Below, in pieces: positions 1 through 10,442 of a stretch of DNA of 64,000 bases. The DNA comes from an uncultured Desulfarculus sp. (GTDB lineage Bacteria; Desulfobacterota; Desulfarculia; Desulfarculales; Desulfarculaceae): positions 96,001 through 160,000 of the forward strand of contig CAXXUK010000001.1 in NCBI GenBank assembly GCA_963665125.2. Reading direction: 5' to 3'. The stretch's first letter is position 1. Each line of letters begins with the position of its first letter. Under the pieces are notes generated by a model. It did no database searches, was not told the DNA's origin, and worked only from the letters and a program-made list of their open reading frames with translations. The translations under genes and the position numbers were made by a program.

Positions 1-34
1 GTTCTGATCCTGGGGAACGTGGAGATTTTCGCTG

Positions 35-1288
35 ATGAATAAGGGGGATGGAAGGCCGTTGCGCGTCTGTCTGCTTTGTTATCGCAGCAATCCGCATAGC
101 GGTGGCCAAGGCGTTTACATCAAGCACCTAAGCCGTGCCCTGAAAGGCCTGGGTCATCAGGTCGACGTTGTGGCCGGACCGCCCGGACCGCATATCGACG
201 AAGGCATCCCGGTGCACAATATTCCCTGCCTGGACATGTACAACGCCGAAAATCCATTCCGCACGCCGGGGGTTATGGAACTATACAATCCCATCAACCT
301 GATGGAATGGATCGGCACCACGACCATGGGCTTTCCCGAGCCTTACATCTTCGGCATCAGGGCTCTGCGCTTCATCAAAAAAAACGCGGCCAACTACGAC
401 ATCATCCACGACAACCAGACCTTGTCCCACGGCATTTGGTCCATGAACCGCCATGTGCCCACCACTATCACCATCCACCATCCCATAACCGTAGACCGGC
501 GCCTGGCCGTCGATTCCCAGCGCAGTAAATTGAAAAAGTTAAAGACCATGCGCTGGTATTCTTTCGTGGAGATGCAAAAGCGGGTTTCCCGCAAGTTCAA
601 CAATATCATTACGGTCTCGGAATTCGCCGCCGACGATATCAGCCGCGAGTTCACCGTGGACCGCGCCAAATTCCGGGTTGTGCCCAACGGTATTGACGTG
701 GAACATTTCAGGCCCCTGCCCGGCATAGAGCGCGACCCCGAGCGGCTCATCGTAACCAACAGCGCCGATACACCCCTCAAGGGCCTTTATTATCTACTGC
801 ATGCGGTGGCCGACATCAAAAAGACCCGGAAGCTCAAGCTGACGGTTATTGGCCAGCCCAAGAAACGCGGCATTGTTGAACGCCTGGTCCGTGATCTGGA
901 CCTGGGCGATACGGTCACTTTCACCGGCCGGGTGGATGACGACGAATTCCTGCGGCAATACGCCATGGCCTCGATAGCCGTGGTGCCTTCGCTGTACGAA
1001 GGGTTTGGTCTGCCCGCCGGCGAGGCCATGGCCTGCGGCTTGCCGGTGATCAGCACCAACGGCGGTGCCCTGCCCGAGGTGGTGGGAGACGCCGGCGTGA
1101 TCGTGCCCAAAGGCGACAGCGGCGCCCTGGCCTCGGCCATAACGGGCCTGCTGGACAATCCGGCCATGGCTCGGGAAGTGGGCAGGCGCGGCTTTGACCG
1201 GGTGCACAGCCAGTTGACCTGGGAACATGCGGCCGCTAAGACCGTGGAAGCATATAGGGAAACAATACGTGAACACCGTAGACTTTAA
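35..1288 (+). CDS. Glycosyltransferase family 4 (GT-B fold)
   Basis: N-terminal GGQGVY loop and C-terminal PSLYEGFGLPAGEAMACGLPVI motif typical of GT4. Confidence 0.9.
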   Translation: MNKGDGRPLRVCLLCYRSNPHSGGQGVYIKHLSRALKGLGHQVDVVAGPPGPHIDEGIPVHNIPCLDMYNAENPFRTPGVMELYNPINLMEWIGTTTMGFPEPYIFGIRALRFIKKNAANYDIIHDNQTLSHGIWSMNRHVPTTITIHHPITVDRRLAVDSQRSKLKKLKTMRWYSFVEMQKRVSRKFNNIITVSEFAADDISREFTVDRAKFRVVPNGIDVEHFRPLPGIERDPERLIVTNSADTPLKGLYYLLHAVADIKKTRKLKLTVIGQPKKRGIVERLVRDLDLGDTVTFTGRVDDDEFLRQYAMASIAVVPSLYEGFGLPAGEAMACGLPVISTNGGALPEVVGDAGVIVPKGDSGALASAITGLLDNPAMAREVGRRGFDRVHSQLTWEHAAAKTVEAYRETIREHRRL

Positions 1289-1973
1289 TAAGATCGAGCT
1301 CCATCCGGACGATAAGGTTCTCGACATCGGCTGCGGCTCGGGCCGCCACACCTGTTCGGCGGCGATGCTGGAAAACGTTTTTTCGGTGGGCGCCGATCTC
1401 AGCCCGGAAGACGTGGCCCTGGCCGACGAACGCCTAAAGGAAAACCAGCAATACATAAAAGGCAGATACGGTACGTTATCGGCCGACATCACCAATCTCC
1501 CATTTGCAGACGGGACCTTCGATCTTGTAATATGCTCGGAAGTCCTGGAACATGTGCCGGAGCACCATTCGGCGATGACCGAACTGGTCAGGGTGCTCAA
1601 GCCGGGTGGAAACCTGGTGGTCAGCGTGCCTTCCTGGCTGCCGGAACGCATTTGCTGGGCGTTATCCAAGAAATATCATCAATGCGCGGGCGGTCATGTG
1701 CGGATATATGAAAAACGCCAGTTGGAAAAAATGCTGGCGTGGGCTGGTGTGCGCAAATGGGCCGACGGCAGGGCGCACAGCCTGCACGCGCCATACTGGT
1801 GGCTCAAGTGCATTGTCGGCCCGGATAACGAAGACTCCAGTCTGGTGAAGCTGTATCATAGGTTCCTGGTCTGGGATATGATGAAAAAACCGAAGCTTAC
1901 CCGCGTAATGGATAAGGCGTTCAATCCGGTCATCGGCAAGAGTACGGTGATTTATACGGTGAAAGACCAATGA
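1269..1973 (+). CDS. Class I SAM-dependent methyltransferase
   Basis: VLDIGCGSGRH motif I, LPFADGTFDLVICSEVLEH, RVLKPGG; GTG start at 1269 chosen, overlapping the upstream gene end. Confidence 0.85.
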   Translation: MNTVDFNKIELHPDDKVLDIGCGSGRHTCSAAMLENVFSVGADLSPEDVALADERLKENQQYIKGRYGTLSADITNLPFADGTFDLVICSEVLEHVPEHHSAMTELVRVLKPGGNLVVSVPSWLPERICWALSKKYHQCAGGHVRIYEKRQLEKMLAWAGVRKWADGRAHSLHAPYWWLKCIVGPDNEDSSLVKLYHRFLVWDMMKKPKLTRVMDKAFNPVIGKSTVIYTVKDQ

Positions 1974-2995
1974 TCAAGCTAGCTACTGCACCCAAATTCC
2001 AGCCCGCTGAAATCGACATTGATCAGGCGGCTGACTATATCCTGACCGTGCAGAAACCCAGCGGTGAGATCCCCTGGTCCGTCGGCGGTCACACCGACCC
2101 CTGGGACCACGTGGAAAGCGCCATGGGACTGGCCGTTGCCGGAAGGGTGTCCGAGGCCCAGAAGGCCTATGAATGGCTGGCCGAGACCCAAATGCCCGAC
2201 GGATCCTGGTGGGCCCAGTACCGCGACGGCAATATGGACGAGGGCACCTTCAAGGACACCAACATGGTGGCCTACATCTCCGTGGGCGTATTGCACCAGT
2301 TCCTGTGCACCGGCGATCTGCCCTTCGTGCGCCAGATTTGGCCCACCGTGGAAAAGGCCATGGAGTTCGTGCTGAGCATGGCCGAGCCTCACGGCGCCTT
2401 TTACTGGGCAAAACGCCAGGACGGCAGCCTTGACACTTCGGTTCTGCTCACCGGGTGCAGCTCCATATACAAGAGCCTTGAAGCGGCCATCCGCCTGGCC
2501 GCCCTGCTGGGCCTGGACCGTCCCAAGTGGCGTGAGGCCCTGGACGCCCTGGGCCGGACCATCCGCAAGAAACCGCATATATTCGACACCAGCAAGACCC
2601 GCTTTTCCATGGATTGGTACTACCCGGTCCTTTGCGGGGTGATGACCGGCGACGAGGCCCAAAAACGCGTCAATGAATATTGGGAAAACTATGTGATCAA
2701 GGACTGGGGTGTGCGCTGTGTTTCGGACCAGGAGTGGGTGACCATGGCCGAGACTTCGGAGTTTGTCATGAGCCTGGCGGCCATGGGCAACTTCAGCGAG
2801 GCCGAGATGATCCTGGGCTGGATTCAGGACAACAAGTTCGAAGACGGAGCCTACTATACGGGCCTGACCCTGCCGGACGAACAGATATACAGCATGGAGA
2901 AGACCACCTGGACCGGCGCGGCGGTGATCCTGGCCGCGGACATGCTTTATGAATTGTCACCGGCCTGCCGTTTGTTCACCCATCCCGGCGTTTAA
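1970..2995 (+). CDS. Prenyltransferase/squalene-cyclase-like (alpha/alpha) barrel protein of unknown function
   Basis: QW-like repeats (QKPSGEI, QMPDGSW, FEDGAYY), DPWDHVESAM motif; ATGA overlap with the upstream gene. Confidence 0.7.
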   Translation: MIKLATAPKFQPAEIDIDQAADYILTVQKPSGEIPWSVGGHTDPWDHVESAMGLAVAGRVSEAQKAYEWLAETQMPDGSWWAQYRDGNMDEGTFKDTNMVAYISVGVLHQFLCTGDLPFVRQIWPTVEKAMEFVLSMAEPHGAFYWAKRQDGSLDTSVLLTGCSSIYKSLEAAIRLAALLGLDRPKWREALDALGRTIRKKPHIFDTSKTRFSMDWYYPVLCGVMTGDEAQKRVNEYWENYVIKDWGVRCVSDQEWVTMAETSEFVMSLAAMGNFSEAEMILGWIQDNKFEDGAYYTGLTLPDEQIYSMEKTTWTGAAVILAADMLYELSPACRLFTHPGV

Positions 2996-3633
2996 ACGAC
3001 AGGGGCAGGGGTGTCGCAGGCTGGACGCCTGAGGACACGCAGGGACTTGGTGCGCTCCAGTTCGACGAATTGGTTTGAAGCCACGGCCATCTTGTAGACC
3101 TCCCAGGGGGCTTGGCCGCCCTCGGCGGGGTCTTCGAAGATATCGTGGAAAAGCAGGTAGCCGCCGGGCACTATATGGCGCGACCAACTGATGTAGTCGC
3201 GATAGCAGTTGTCCAGGGTGTGGCTTCCGTCGATAAATACGAGGCTCAGGGGGGTGGCCCAAAAGCGGGCGGCCACGGCCGAGGTGCTGACAATGGGCAC
3301 GACGGTGGACTCCAGGTCCGCCGCTTCGACATTGGCTCTGAATTCCCGGAAGGTGTCGATACGACCCTGGGACGGGTCAAAGGTGCCGGGGTCGAAATAC
3401 TCCTGGTCGGGCTGCTGCTCCTCGTTGCCCCGGTGATGGTCGATGCTGTAGAGCACGCCGTGGTTTTGGCGGCAGGCCAGGCCGATGCAGACGGCCGATT
3501 TGCCGCAATAGCTGCCGATTTCCAGGCAGGGGCCGAACTTGCTGGCCTCCAGGGCCAGTTCATGCAGGCGTTTTGCTTCGTCGTCGTCCATGAAGCCGCG
3601 GATATCGGCTATAACTTCCGGGTCAAAGCTCAT
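2992..3633 (-). CDS. Class I SAM-dependent methyltransferase (Methyltransf_24-like)
   Basis: LEIGSYCGKS and LVFIDGSH...PGGYLLFHD motifs; ATG at 3633 preceded by AGGAG. Confidence 0.85.
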   Translation of the reverse strand: MSFDPEVIADIRGFMDDDEAKRLHELALEASKFGPCLEIGSYCGKSAVCIGLACRQNHGVLYSIDHHRGNEEQQPDQEYFDPGTFDPSQGRIDTFREFRANVEAADLESTVVPIVSTSAVAARFWATPLSLVFIDGSHTLDNCYRDYISWSRHIVPGGYLLFHDIFEDPAEGGQAPWEVYKMAVASNQFVELERTKSLRVLRRPACDTPAPVV

Positions 3634-3786
3634 TTTGCTCTCCTGGATCGGGGACGCTGGCCCATTTACCGCGGCAAGGCTATCATTATGCGGGCCGCCT
3701 GTCCATGCGTCGGCGACCGCAACTGAATAAAAACCGCCATCACGGCGTTGCTGAAACGGGCCCCATGGCCCTGAATTGGATTGAAA

Positions 3787-5379
3787 ATGCGCGTTACCCT
3801 GGTCAACCCTTACTATCCCATCGCTGAAACGCCTTCGCCGCCCCTGGGCATGGCCTTTTTGGCCGGAGCCCTGGAGCGCGCCGGTCACGAGGTCCAGCTA
3901 TTGGACTACGTGGTTTATCCATACTCCAAGCAAATCCTCCAAAAGGCCCTGGAACGCTTCCAGCCGTCGCTCATCGGCGTTACGGCCGTGACCATGAGTT
4001 TCCCGGCCGCAGCTGAAGTGATCCGCGACGCCAAGGATATCGATTCGGGCTTGCTTACCATGATGGGCGGTCCCCATGTCACTTTCCGGGCCGAAAACAC
4101 CCTGTTGGAACTGCCCGAGCTGGACGTCATTGTCCTGGGCGAGGGCGAAGACACTCTCATCGAGCTGGTTGCGGCCCACGGCGCTGGTCAAAGCTTCGAA
4201 GGCGTGGCCGGGATGGTCTACCGCGACGCGGACGGTCCCCGCCGCACGGCGGTTCGCCCGCTTATCAAGGACATCGACGCCCTGCCCAAACCCAGCCGGG
4301 GCCATATCGCCCTGGGCCGTTATCGGGCCCTGCACATGCCCGTGAGCATGACCACCAGCCGGGGCTGCCCCTTCAAATGCATATTCTGCGTGGGCCGCAA
4401 GATGGTCGGGGCCAAGGTGCGCTACCACAGCACCAACCGGGTGGTTGATGAGTTTCAGGAACTGGCCCAATGGGGCTTCCATCAGATAAACATCGCCGAT
4501 GACCTGTTCACGGCCAACAAGCAGCACTGCCTGAGTATCTGCGCCGAGATGCGTGCCAGGGGCATTGAGCACAAGTGGACCTCGTTCTCCAGGGTCGACA
4601 CCGTGGCCCCGGAGGTGCTTGCGGCCATGCACAAGGCCGGGTGCACTGACATCAGCTTTGGCGTGGAGACCGGCGACCCGGAGATGATGAAGCGCATCAA
4701 AAAGGGCATCACCCTGGAGCAGGTGGAGATAGCGGTGAAAATGGCCAAGGACGCCGGCCTTTCGCCCCACGCCTCTTTTATCCTGGGCCTGCCAGGCGAA
4801 AACGAGCAGACCCTGGCCAACACCATGGCCTTTGCCCAAAAAATCGAGGCCCTTGGCTGCTGCTACGGTTTTCACCTGCTGGCGCCGTTCCCCGGCACGG
4901 ATATCTGTGAAAACCTCGACCAATACGACATCAAGGTGCTTACCGACGACTGGGCCGAATACCACGCCAACAGGGCCATCGTGGAGACATCCCAGGCCTC
5001 CCAGAGCCGCCTCAACGGCATCATCGAAAAGTGGGACCAGGAATTCATCGCCGAATTGGGCAAGATGAAGCGCAAGTACCTGGCGGGCACGGCCAGCGAG
5101 TTCGAGGCCGCCCAGGTCCTGGGCCTGGACCGCACCTGCGTTACCCACGACCTGATGATGGGCGATCTTATGGAACGCTTCGGCCGGGTTGAGGCCGCCG
5201 ATTTGAGCACCAACAACGGCAACGGCCTGGAGGCCATCTCGGCCAAGCTGGAAGATCACCTCAAGTTCAACCAGAGCGAGATTCTCGACGCCCTGCAATA
5301 CAACGTTGCCAACGGCAGCCTGGTCGGCGCGGAGCAAGACGGCGGGATGACCTGGCGCTGGCTGGATTACCTGAATTAA
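3787..5379 (+). CDS. Cobalamin-binding radical SAM protein
   Basis: N-terminal B12-binding domain (PPLGMAFLAG, MGGPHVT, GEGE) and SRGCPFKCIFC CxxxCxxC motif. Confidence 0.9.
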   Translation: MRVTLVNPYYPIAETPSPPLGMAFLAGALERAGHEVQLLDYVVYPYSKQILQKALERFQPSLIGVTAVTMSFPAAAEVIRDAKDIDSGLLTMMGGPHVTFRAENTLLELPELDVIVLGEGEDTLIELVAAHGAGQSFEGVAGMVYRDADGPRRTAVRPLIKDIDALPKPSRGHIALGRYRALHMPVSMTTSRGCPFKCIFCVGRKMVGAKVRYHSTNRVVDEFQELAQWGFHQINIADDLFTANKQHCLSICAEMRARGIEHKWTSFSRVDTVAPEVLAAMHKAGCTDISFGVETGDPEMMKRIKKGITLEQVEIAVKMAKDAGLSPHASFILGLPGENEQTLANTMAFAQKIEALGCCYGFHLLAPFPGTDICENLDQYDIKVLTDDWAEYHANRAIVETSQASQSRLNGIIEKWDQEFIAELGKMKRKYLAGTASEFEAAQVLGLDRTCVTHDLMMGDLMERFGRVEAADLSTNNGNGLEAISAKLEDHLKFNQSEILDALQYNVANGSLVGAEQDGGMTWRWLDYLN

Positions 5380-6108
5380 GTGGCGGCCCTGCAGGATATC
5401 TGTTTTCGCTACGACGAGCCCCTGACCCCGGCCCGCCTGATCAAACGCTACAAGCGTTTTCTGGCGGACGTGCGCTTCGAGGATGGGACCTCCGAGACGG
5501 TGCACTGCCCCAACTCCGGCTCCATGCTAGGCTGCATGGAGGACGGCGCGCCGGTGATGCTTAGCCGGTCAAATAATCCCAAACGCCGCACCCGCTACAC
5601 CTGGGAACTTGTCCAAATGGGCAGCTGTTGGATAGGCATCAATACACTTTTGCCAAACAAGCTCATCGCCGAGGCGGCCCGCCAACGGGCCCTGCCGCTG
5701 TTCGAGGGCGCCGTGGAGGTGCGCAGCGAGGTCAAGGTCTCGGAACACACCCGCCTGGACCTGGCCGTGGAGACGGTTTCCGGCCCGTTATATGTTGAAA
5801 TGAAGAACGTCACCCTCACCGGGGGAGGCGGGGCCATATTCCCCGACGCCAGGACAGAGCGCGGGGCCAAGCATTTGCATGAATTGATGCGCCTGAAAAA
5901 TCAGGGCGCTGGTGCGGCTATTGTTTTTGTAGTGCAGAGGCAAGACGCCGACTGGTTCGGGCCCGCCGAGAGCATAGACCCGGACTATGCCCGGACGCTT
6001 CGCAAAGCGGCCGAAGCCGGTGTTAGCATGGTCGCCGTCCAGGCCAAGGTTAGCCCGGAAGGTGTTTGTCTATGGCGCGAACTACCAATCATCCTTGGTG
6101 ATTCCTAA
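5380..6108 (+). CDS. sfsA: DNA/RNA nuclease SfsA
   Basis: KRYKRFLADV, HCPNSGSM, YVEMKNVTL, FPDARTERGAKHLHEL motifs. Confidence 0.92.
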   Translation: MAALQDICFRYDEPLTPARLIKRYKRFLADVRFEDGTSETVHCPNSGSMLGCMEDGAPVMLSRSNNPKRRTRYTWELVQMGSCWIGINTLLPNKLIAEAARQRALPLFEGAVEVRSEVKVSEHTRLDLAVETVSGPLYVEMKNVTLTGGGGAIFPDARTERGAKHLHELMRLKNQGAGAAIVFVVQRQDADWFGPAESIDPDYARTLRKAAEAGVSMVAVQAKVSPEGVCLWRELPIILGDS

Positions 6109-6323
6109 TGCAGGCCAATGACCTCCACCTGCACGTTGCCGGTGCCGCAGGCGGTGCGGGTGACCTCGACCCGTGTCGCCCGGCTGCTCACAGGAGCAAG
6201 CATGCAGACTTCGGACACAAGCCATTGCTCAACAGGGTGGCCGTTGTTGCAACAAACATGTTCGTGGCGGCTTCCCTGACCAACGGGGTGATTGACGTTG
6301 CGGCAACAATTGTTGGAATTCAT
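6105..6323 (-). CDS. Small Cys/His-rich hypothetical protein (72 aa)
   Basis: Strong Shine-Dalgarno AAGGAGGTGA immediately upstream of the ATG; duplicated CC..N..HPVxQ motif. Confidence 0.6.
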   Translation of the reverse strand: MNSNNCCRNVNHPVGQGSRHEHVCCNNGHPVEQWLVSEVCMLAPVSSRATRVEVTRTACGTGNVQVEVIGLH

Positions 6324-6485
6324 GCTTCACCTCCTTGCCTGTTAATAATATTATCGGCTAAAACGATTGCTGTCTTAAAGATCAATTGGGAAAAAAGTGA
6401 AATTGTGAAAATTATTTCCGCAGCCGGCAAGGCGTCATTTGGCGGGCGGCGGCTTGAATTTATATAAAAACGGTGAGGATTTAGT

Positions 6486-7526
6486 TTGCAACTGCCTTAC
6501 ATAACGTCTGATTTACCCGGTATTGGCGGCTCGATCAAGAGCGAGCCATCACATTTCGTGGTGGAGGAACTGCCGCTGTATCTGCCCGAGGGCAGCGGTG
6601 AGCACATTTACCTCAATATCACCCGCGAGGGCATGACCACCAAGGAGGCGGCGGGTCAGATGGCCAGAGCCTTGGGCGTCGACGGGCAAGATATCAGCAC
6701 GGCCGGGCTCAAGGACAAGCATGCCCTGACCACCCAGACCTTTTCCGTGCATCACCTGACCATGGAGCCCGATGAGGCTGCCCGGCGCATAACCGAGGCC
6801 ATGGACGCCAAAGTCAACTGGACCAAACGGCACCTCAACAAGCTCAAGACGGGCCATCTTTTGGGCAACCGCTTCCGAATCCTTGTGGAGGGGCCGGGCG
6901 CGGACAGCCTGGCCGCGGCCAGGGAGATCGTCGAAGCCTTGCGGGAAAGAGGCCTGCCCAACTATTACGGGCCCCAGCGCTTTGGCCGCCAGGGAGACAA
7001 TGTGGAGCGCGGCAGGCAGATCATCCAGGGAGCCAGGCCGCCCAAGCAGAAGTGGCTGCGCAATCTGCTGATATCGGCCTATCAGTCCCAATTGTTCAAC
7101 GATTGGCTCACCGCGCGAATAATCGATGGCTTGTTTGGTGAACTGATCACGGGCGACGTGGCCAAGAAGACCGACACCGGCGGGCTGTTCACCGTGGAGG
7201 ACCTGGCCGTGGACCAGGACAGGTTTGACCGGGGCGAACTCACCTACACCGGGCCCATCTACGGATCCAAGATGCGCTGGGCAGAGGCTGACGCGCTTGG
7301 CCGCGAAATGGCCGTCATCCAGGCCGCGGACGTGGGCGAGGAAGATTTCAAACGGGCCGGGGTCAAGGGGTCGCGCCGGGTGGCCCGGCTGGTTCCCGAC
7401 GAATTGGAGATCACCAGCGGCCAGGGCGGCCTGTGGTTCGACTTCGCCTTGCCCAAGGGCTCCTACGCTACGGTGATTCTGCGGGAGTTCATGAAAAACG
7501 ACGCCGAGGTTTCCCTTGCCGAGTAA
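6486..7526 (+). CDS. truD: tRNA pseudouridine(13) synthase TruD
   Basis: AGLKDKHALTTQ, GNRFRI, PNYYGPQRFG, FALPKGSYAT motifs. Confidence 0.93.
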   Translation: MQLPYITSDLPGIGGSIKSEPSHFVVEELPLYLPEGSGEHIYLNITREGMTTKEAAGQMARALGVDGQDISTAGLKDKHALTTQTFSVHHLTMEPDEAARRITEAMDAKVNWTKRHLNKLKTGHLLGNRFRILVEGPGADSLAAAREIVEALRERGLPNYYGPQRFGRQGDNVERGRQIIQGARPPKQKWLRNLLISAYQSQLFNDWLTARIIDGLFGELITGDVAKKTDTGGLFTVEDLAVDQDRFDRGELTYTGPIYGSKMRWAEADALGREMAVIQAADVGEEDFKRAGVKGSRRVARLVPDELEITSGQGGLWFDFALPKGSYATVILREFMKNDAEVSLAE

Positions 7527-8456
7527 TCAGCCCCGGCGCAGGCGCTGGGCCACGGTATCCAGGGCCAGCTGAATGGATGCGTTGGGCAGGATTCCGCTGC
7601 CCGGCGCCACCCGCACCTGCCATTTGCCGTCGTCTTCCCGGCGGGCCACCCTGATGTAGAAATTCTGGCTGAATCCGTCTTCAGCGGCGATCATCCGCAG
7701 CAAGGCTGTCTGTTTGACCGGGTCATAGTAAAACTCCCGGCAACACACCACCATGGTTTGCTGGGGGTGCTCGAACTCGGCAAGCAGGCCGGGGTCAAAT
7801 TCATCCAATAATGGCGTTTGCAATTCCAACTCCGTGTAGGCTGGTACGTCGGCGTGCTCGGCCTTGGTTAGAGTCAGCTCGAAAAAATCTTCCTGGCCGC
7901 CGTCTTGCCAGCGGCGCTCATACTTGGTGTTGTGCTGGGCGCCGATCATCCGGCGGCTCAGTTCGAAACCGCTGCCAACGCTTTGTTCGCTGACCCAGTC
8001 GGCGAACTGCCCCCAGTCGGTGACCAGGCGGAAGGTGCCCCCGTCAATCAGGCGGCTGTTCATCAGGCGCAAAAAGGGCAGGGCGAACAGGCGTTTGTGC
8101 TCGTGTTTTTCCTTGGGCCAGGGGCAGGGGAACAGGCAATAGACGTGGCTCAGCTCCATGGGTCGGAACATCCGCCCTAGGACGATGTCGGCCCCGCCTT
8201 TGGTCAGGCGCACGTTGGGCAGGCCCATCTGGTTTGCCCGGCGCATGGACCGCGACACCGAGGGCCAGTTCAGGTCCACGGCCATAAAATCATGCTGGGG
8301 CAATTCGGTGGCCCGGCGGGCCAGGACCTCGCCATTGCCGCAGCCGATCTCCAGTTCAATGGGCGCGCTGCGGCCGAATATGGCCTGCCAGTCCAGAGGC
8401 GTGGGCGTATCGCGCCAGCACACGTAATTATGCATTGAGATGTAACGCTTTTTCAT
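7527..8456 (-). CDS. trmB: tRNA (guanine-N7)-methyltransferase TrmB with C-terminal extension
   Basis: LEIGCGNG, FPCPWPKEKH, TKYERR motifs. Confidence 0.85.
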   Translation of the reverse strand: MKKRYISMHNYVCWRDTPTPLDWQAIFGRSAPIELEIGCGNGEVLARRATELPQHDFMAVDLNWPSVSRSMRRANQMGLPNVRLTKGGADIVLGRMFRPMELSHVYCLFPCPWPKEKHEHKRLFALPFLRLMNSRLIDGGTFRLVTDWGQFADWVSEQSVGSGFELSRRMIGAQHNTKYERRWQDGGQEDFFELTLTKAEHADVPAYTELELQTPLLDEFDPGLLAEFEHPQQTMVVCCREFYYDPVKQTALLRMIAAEDGFSQNFYIRVARREDDGKWQVRVAPGSGILPNASIQLALDTVAQRLRRG

Positions 8457-8558
8457 AGCGCCAGAGATTGTATCATCCCTCGGCCCCGCTGCAACCCCAA
8501 TGCTTGGGAACCCAAATCACCTTTTAGCGAGCCGCCGAATTGTTCGGAACCGCCGCCT

Positions 8559-10238
8559 CTAAACTGATTCCGTTCCAGCCTTTGCCGGCCACTGAAATTC
8601 ATCTGGCAAAGCCTTGTAGGTCTCCAGTTCGGCCGTCAGGCGATCGTGCATCTGTTGCATATGTTTGATATTGGCGCTCTTGCGCGAGCCCCATGCAAGG
8701 TTCTTTAACTGCCCTGGATCGTCAGTCATGTTGTACATCTCATACTGAATTTGTGTGCCCTTGTCGGTAAAGTACACGGCGTACATCCAGTCCTCGAAAC
8801 GGATGCTGCGTATCCTGCCCGGCATGGTTTCATAGAAGTTTTTCTTGCCCAGGAATTTTCCAAAGAAGTACTGAACGTCCTCGGTGAACATCATGATATT
8901 GTCGCGCACGCTGACATCCGGGTCTTGCATGATGGGCACCAGAGACTTGCCGCAGATGCCCATGCTCTTAAGTTCAGCGGGTGAGGCGGCGCCGGTTATT
9001 TCCGCGACAGGGGGAACCAAGTCGATCAGGCTGGCAAAGGATGACGTGGTCTTGCCTTGGGGGAAGAGCTTGGGGTTGGAGATGATCATGGGGACGTTGA
9101 TCGACTCCTGGTAGCTGTTCACGCTTTTTTGCTGCATTTGGTGGGAGAAGCCCTGCTCGCCGTGGTCGGCGAAACGGAAGATGATGGTGTCGTCGGTGAG
9201 CCCCTTTTCGTCCAGCTTGTCCAACACGGCAGCGATTTGCTTGTCCACTACGCTATGAAGGTGCGCGTAGAAGCGGCAGTATTCGATGCGATCCTGGTCG
9301 CTGGAGCAGGGGAACGCCTTGTCGCAGAGTTTCTTAATCCAGGTCTGGCCGATGGGCTTTTCTTTAAGGTCATCTTTATAGTTGGGAGGCAGTCCGATCT
9401 CATTAAGGTTCTTGTAATCCGCTTCGTTGTAGCCCCATTTGCACTGATCGGGCCAGATAGAGATATCGTGAGGGTTGCCAAAGGAACACACCAAAAGAAA
9501 AGGTTTGTCCGTTTTCGGGTCATGGTTGTCCAGGTTTTCGGAAATCGTCTCACCTTTACCCACGGCGGGCGTCATCCGGTTGTATGTGTCCGGCACGCCG
9601 CTCACATAGCGGGCATCGTTGTTGGGCCAGCCCCCGGCCATCCAGACACTGGCCCCCGCGTCTATGGAGTCGTCGGGCGGGTTCCAGCGGTTCGCGCGGT
9701 AGTGGTCCGAGGCCCACTTGATGTCATAACTGGTGAAGCTGTCCGTGGACGGGTTGCTCCGGGGCGTGAATAGGTGCATCTTTCCCTTGTAGGCGATCTC
9801 GTACCCGGCCTGCTCGGCAAGTTTGAAAATGTTGGTAAGGTCATCCCTCAGGGCGGGATTCGGCGGAGTATTAATAACGCCGTGCACACTGGGATAAACA
9901 CCGGTGAGAAAGGTTGCCCGGCTGGGCGCGCAAGAGGTTGCGGCAGCGTAGTTGTTTGTAAAGGTCACGCCGTGGTTTTGCAGGCGGGCCATGGTGGGCA
10001 TGTGCGCCTCGATCCACCCGTCCGGCCAGTGCTGGGCCTGCCGCTGTTGGTCCGTGATGATCAACACGATGTTGGGGCGTTTTTTCGCTGTGGTGCTCAG
10101 GGGTGAAGATGTTTTGCCGTCGTCCGTGGGACTTGCGCTGTAAGCCGTTCCCGCGTTGCCCAACACACCTGCGGCCATGACTCCGGCTGTAACCGCCAAG
10201 CTGTTTTTGAGGAATTCTCGCCGTGTCCTGCCTTTCAT
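8559..10238 (-). CDS. Tat-exported Cys-type sulfatase-family hydrolase
   Basis: TRREFLK twin-arginine signal, RPNIVLIITDQ, CAPSR signature, GKMHL, ADHGE. Confidence 0.88.
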   Translation of the reverse strand: MKGRTRREFLKNSLAVTAGVMAAGVLGNAGTAYSASPTDDGKTSSPLSTTAKKRPNIVLIITDQQRQAQHWPDGWIEAHMPTMARLQNHGVTFTNNYAAATSCAPSRATFLTGVYPSVHGVINTPPNPALRDDLTNIFKLAEQAGYEIAYKGKMHLFTPRSNPSTDSFTSYDIKWASDHYRANRWNPPDDSIDAGASVWMAGGWPNNDARYVSGVPDTYNRMTPAVGKGETISENLDNHDPKTDKPFLLVCSFGNPHDISIWPDQCKWGYNEADYKNLNEIGLPPNYKDDLKEKPIGQTWIKKLCDKAFPCSSDQDRIEYCRFYAHLHSVVDKQIAAVLDKLDEKGLTDDTIIFRFADHGEQGFSHQMQQKSVNSYQESINVPMIISNPKLFPQGKTTSSFASLIDLVPPVAEITGAASPAELKSMGICGKSLVPIMQDPDVSVRDNIMMFTEDVQYFFGKFLGKKNFYETMPGRIRSIRFEDWMYAVYFTDKGTQIQYEMYNMTDDPGQLKNLAWGSRKSANIKHMQQMHDRLTAELETYKALPDEFQWPAKAGTESV

Positions 10239-10442
10239 TGTCCTGCTCCTTGATGGGAGTATTGGTGGACCCATTGACCGCAGGTCGGCATGACAATGGG
10301 AACAAAGCCATTCGTTAAGCCATGAAACTACTCTAGGCTACAATACAGGTCGATTAAAGGGGCTATACCTATTAAAAGTGGGGAATTGCCATCATGGGAG
10401 GAAAACTGATTTGCCTGGAAAATCAGAGAAACACGGAGCCTA

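Noticed and set aside
3898..5505. Long antisense ORFs (also 12432-13538, 19993-21306, 52717-54219)
   Set aside because: Shadows of well-supported genes on the opposite strand, expected in high-GC DNA, with no motifs
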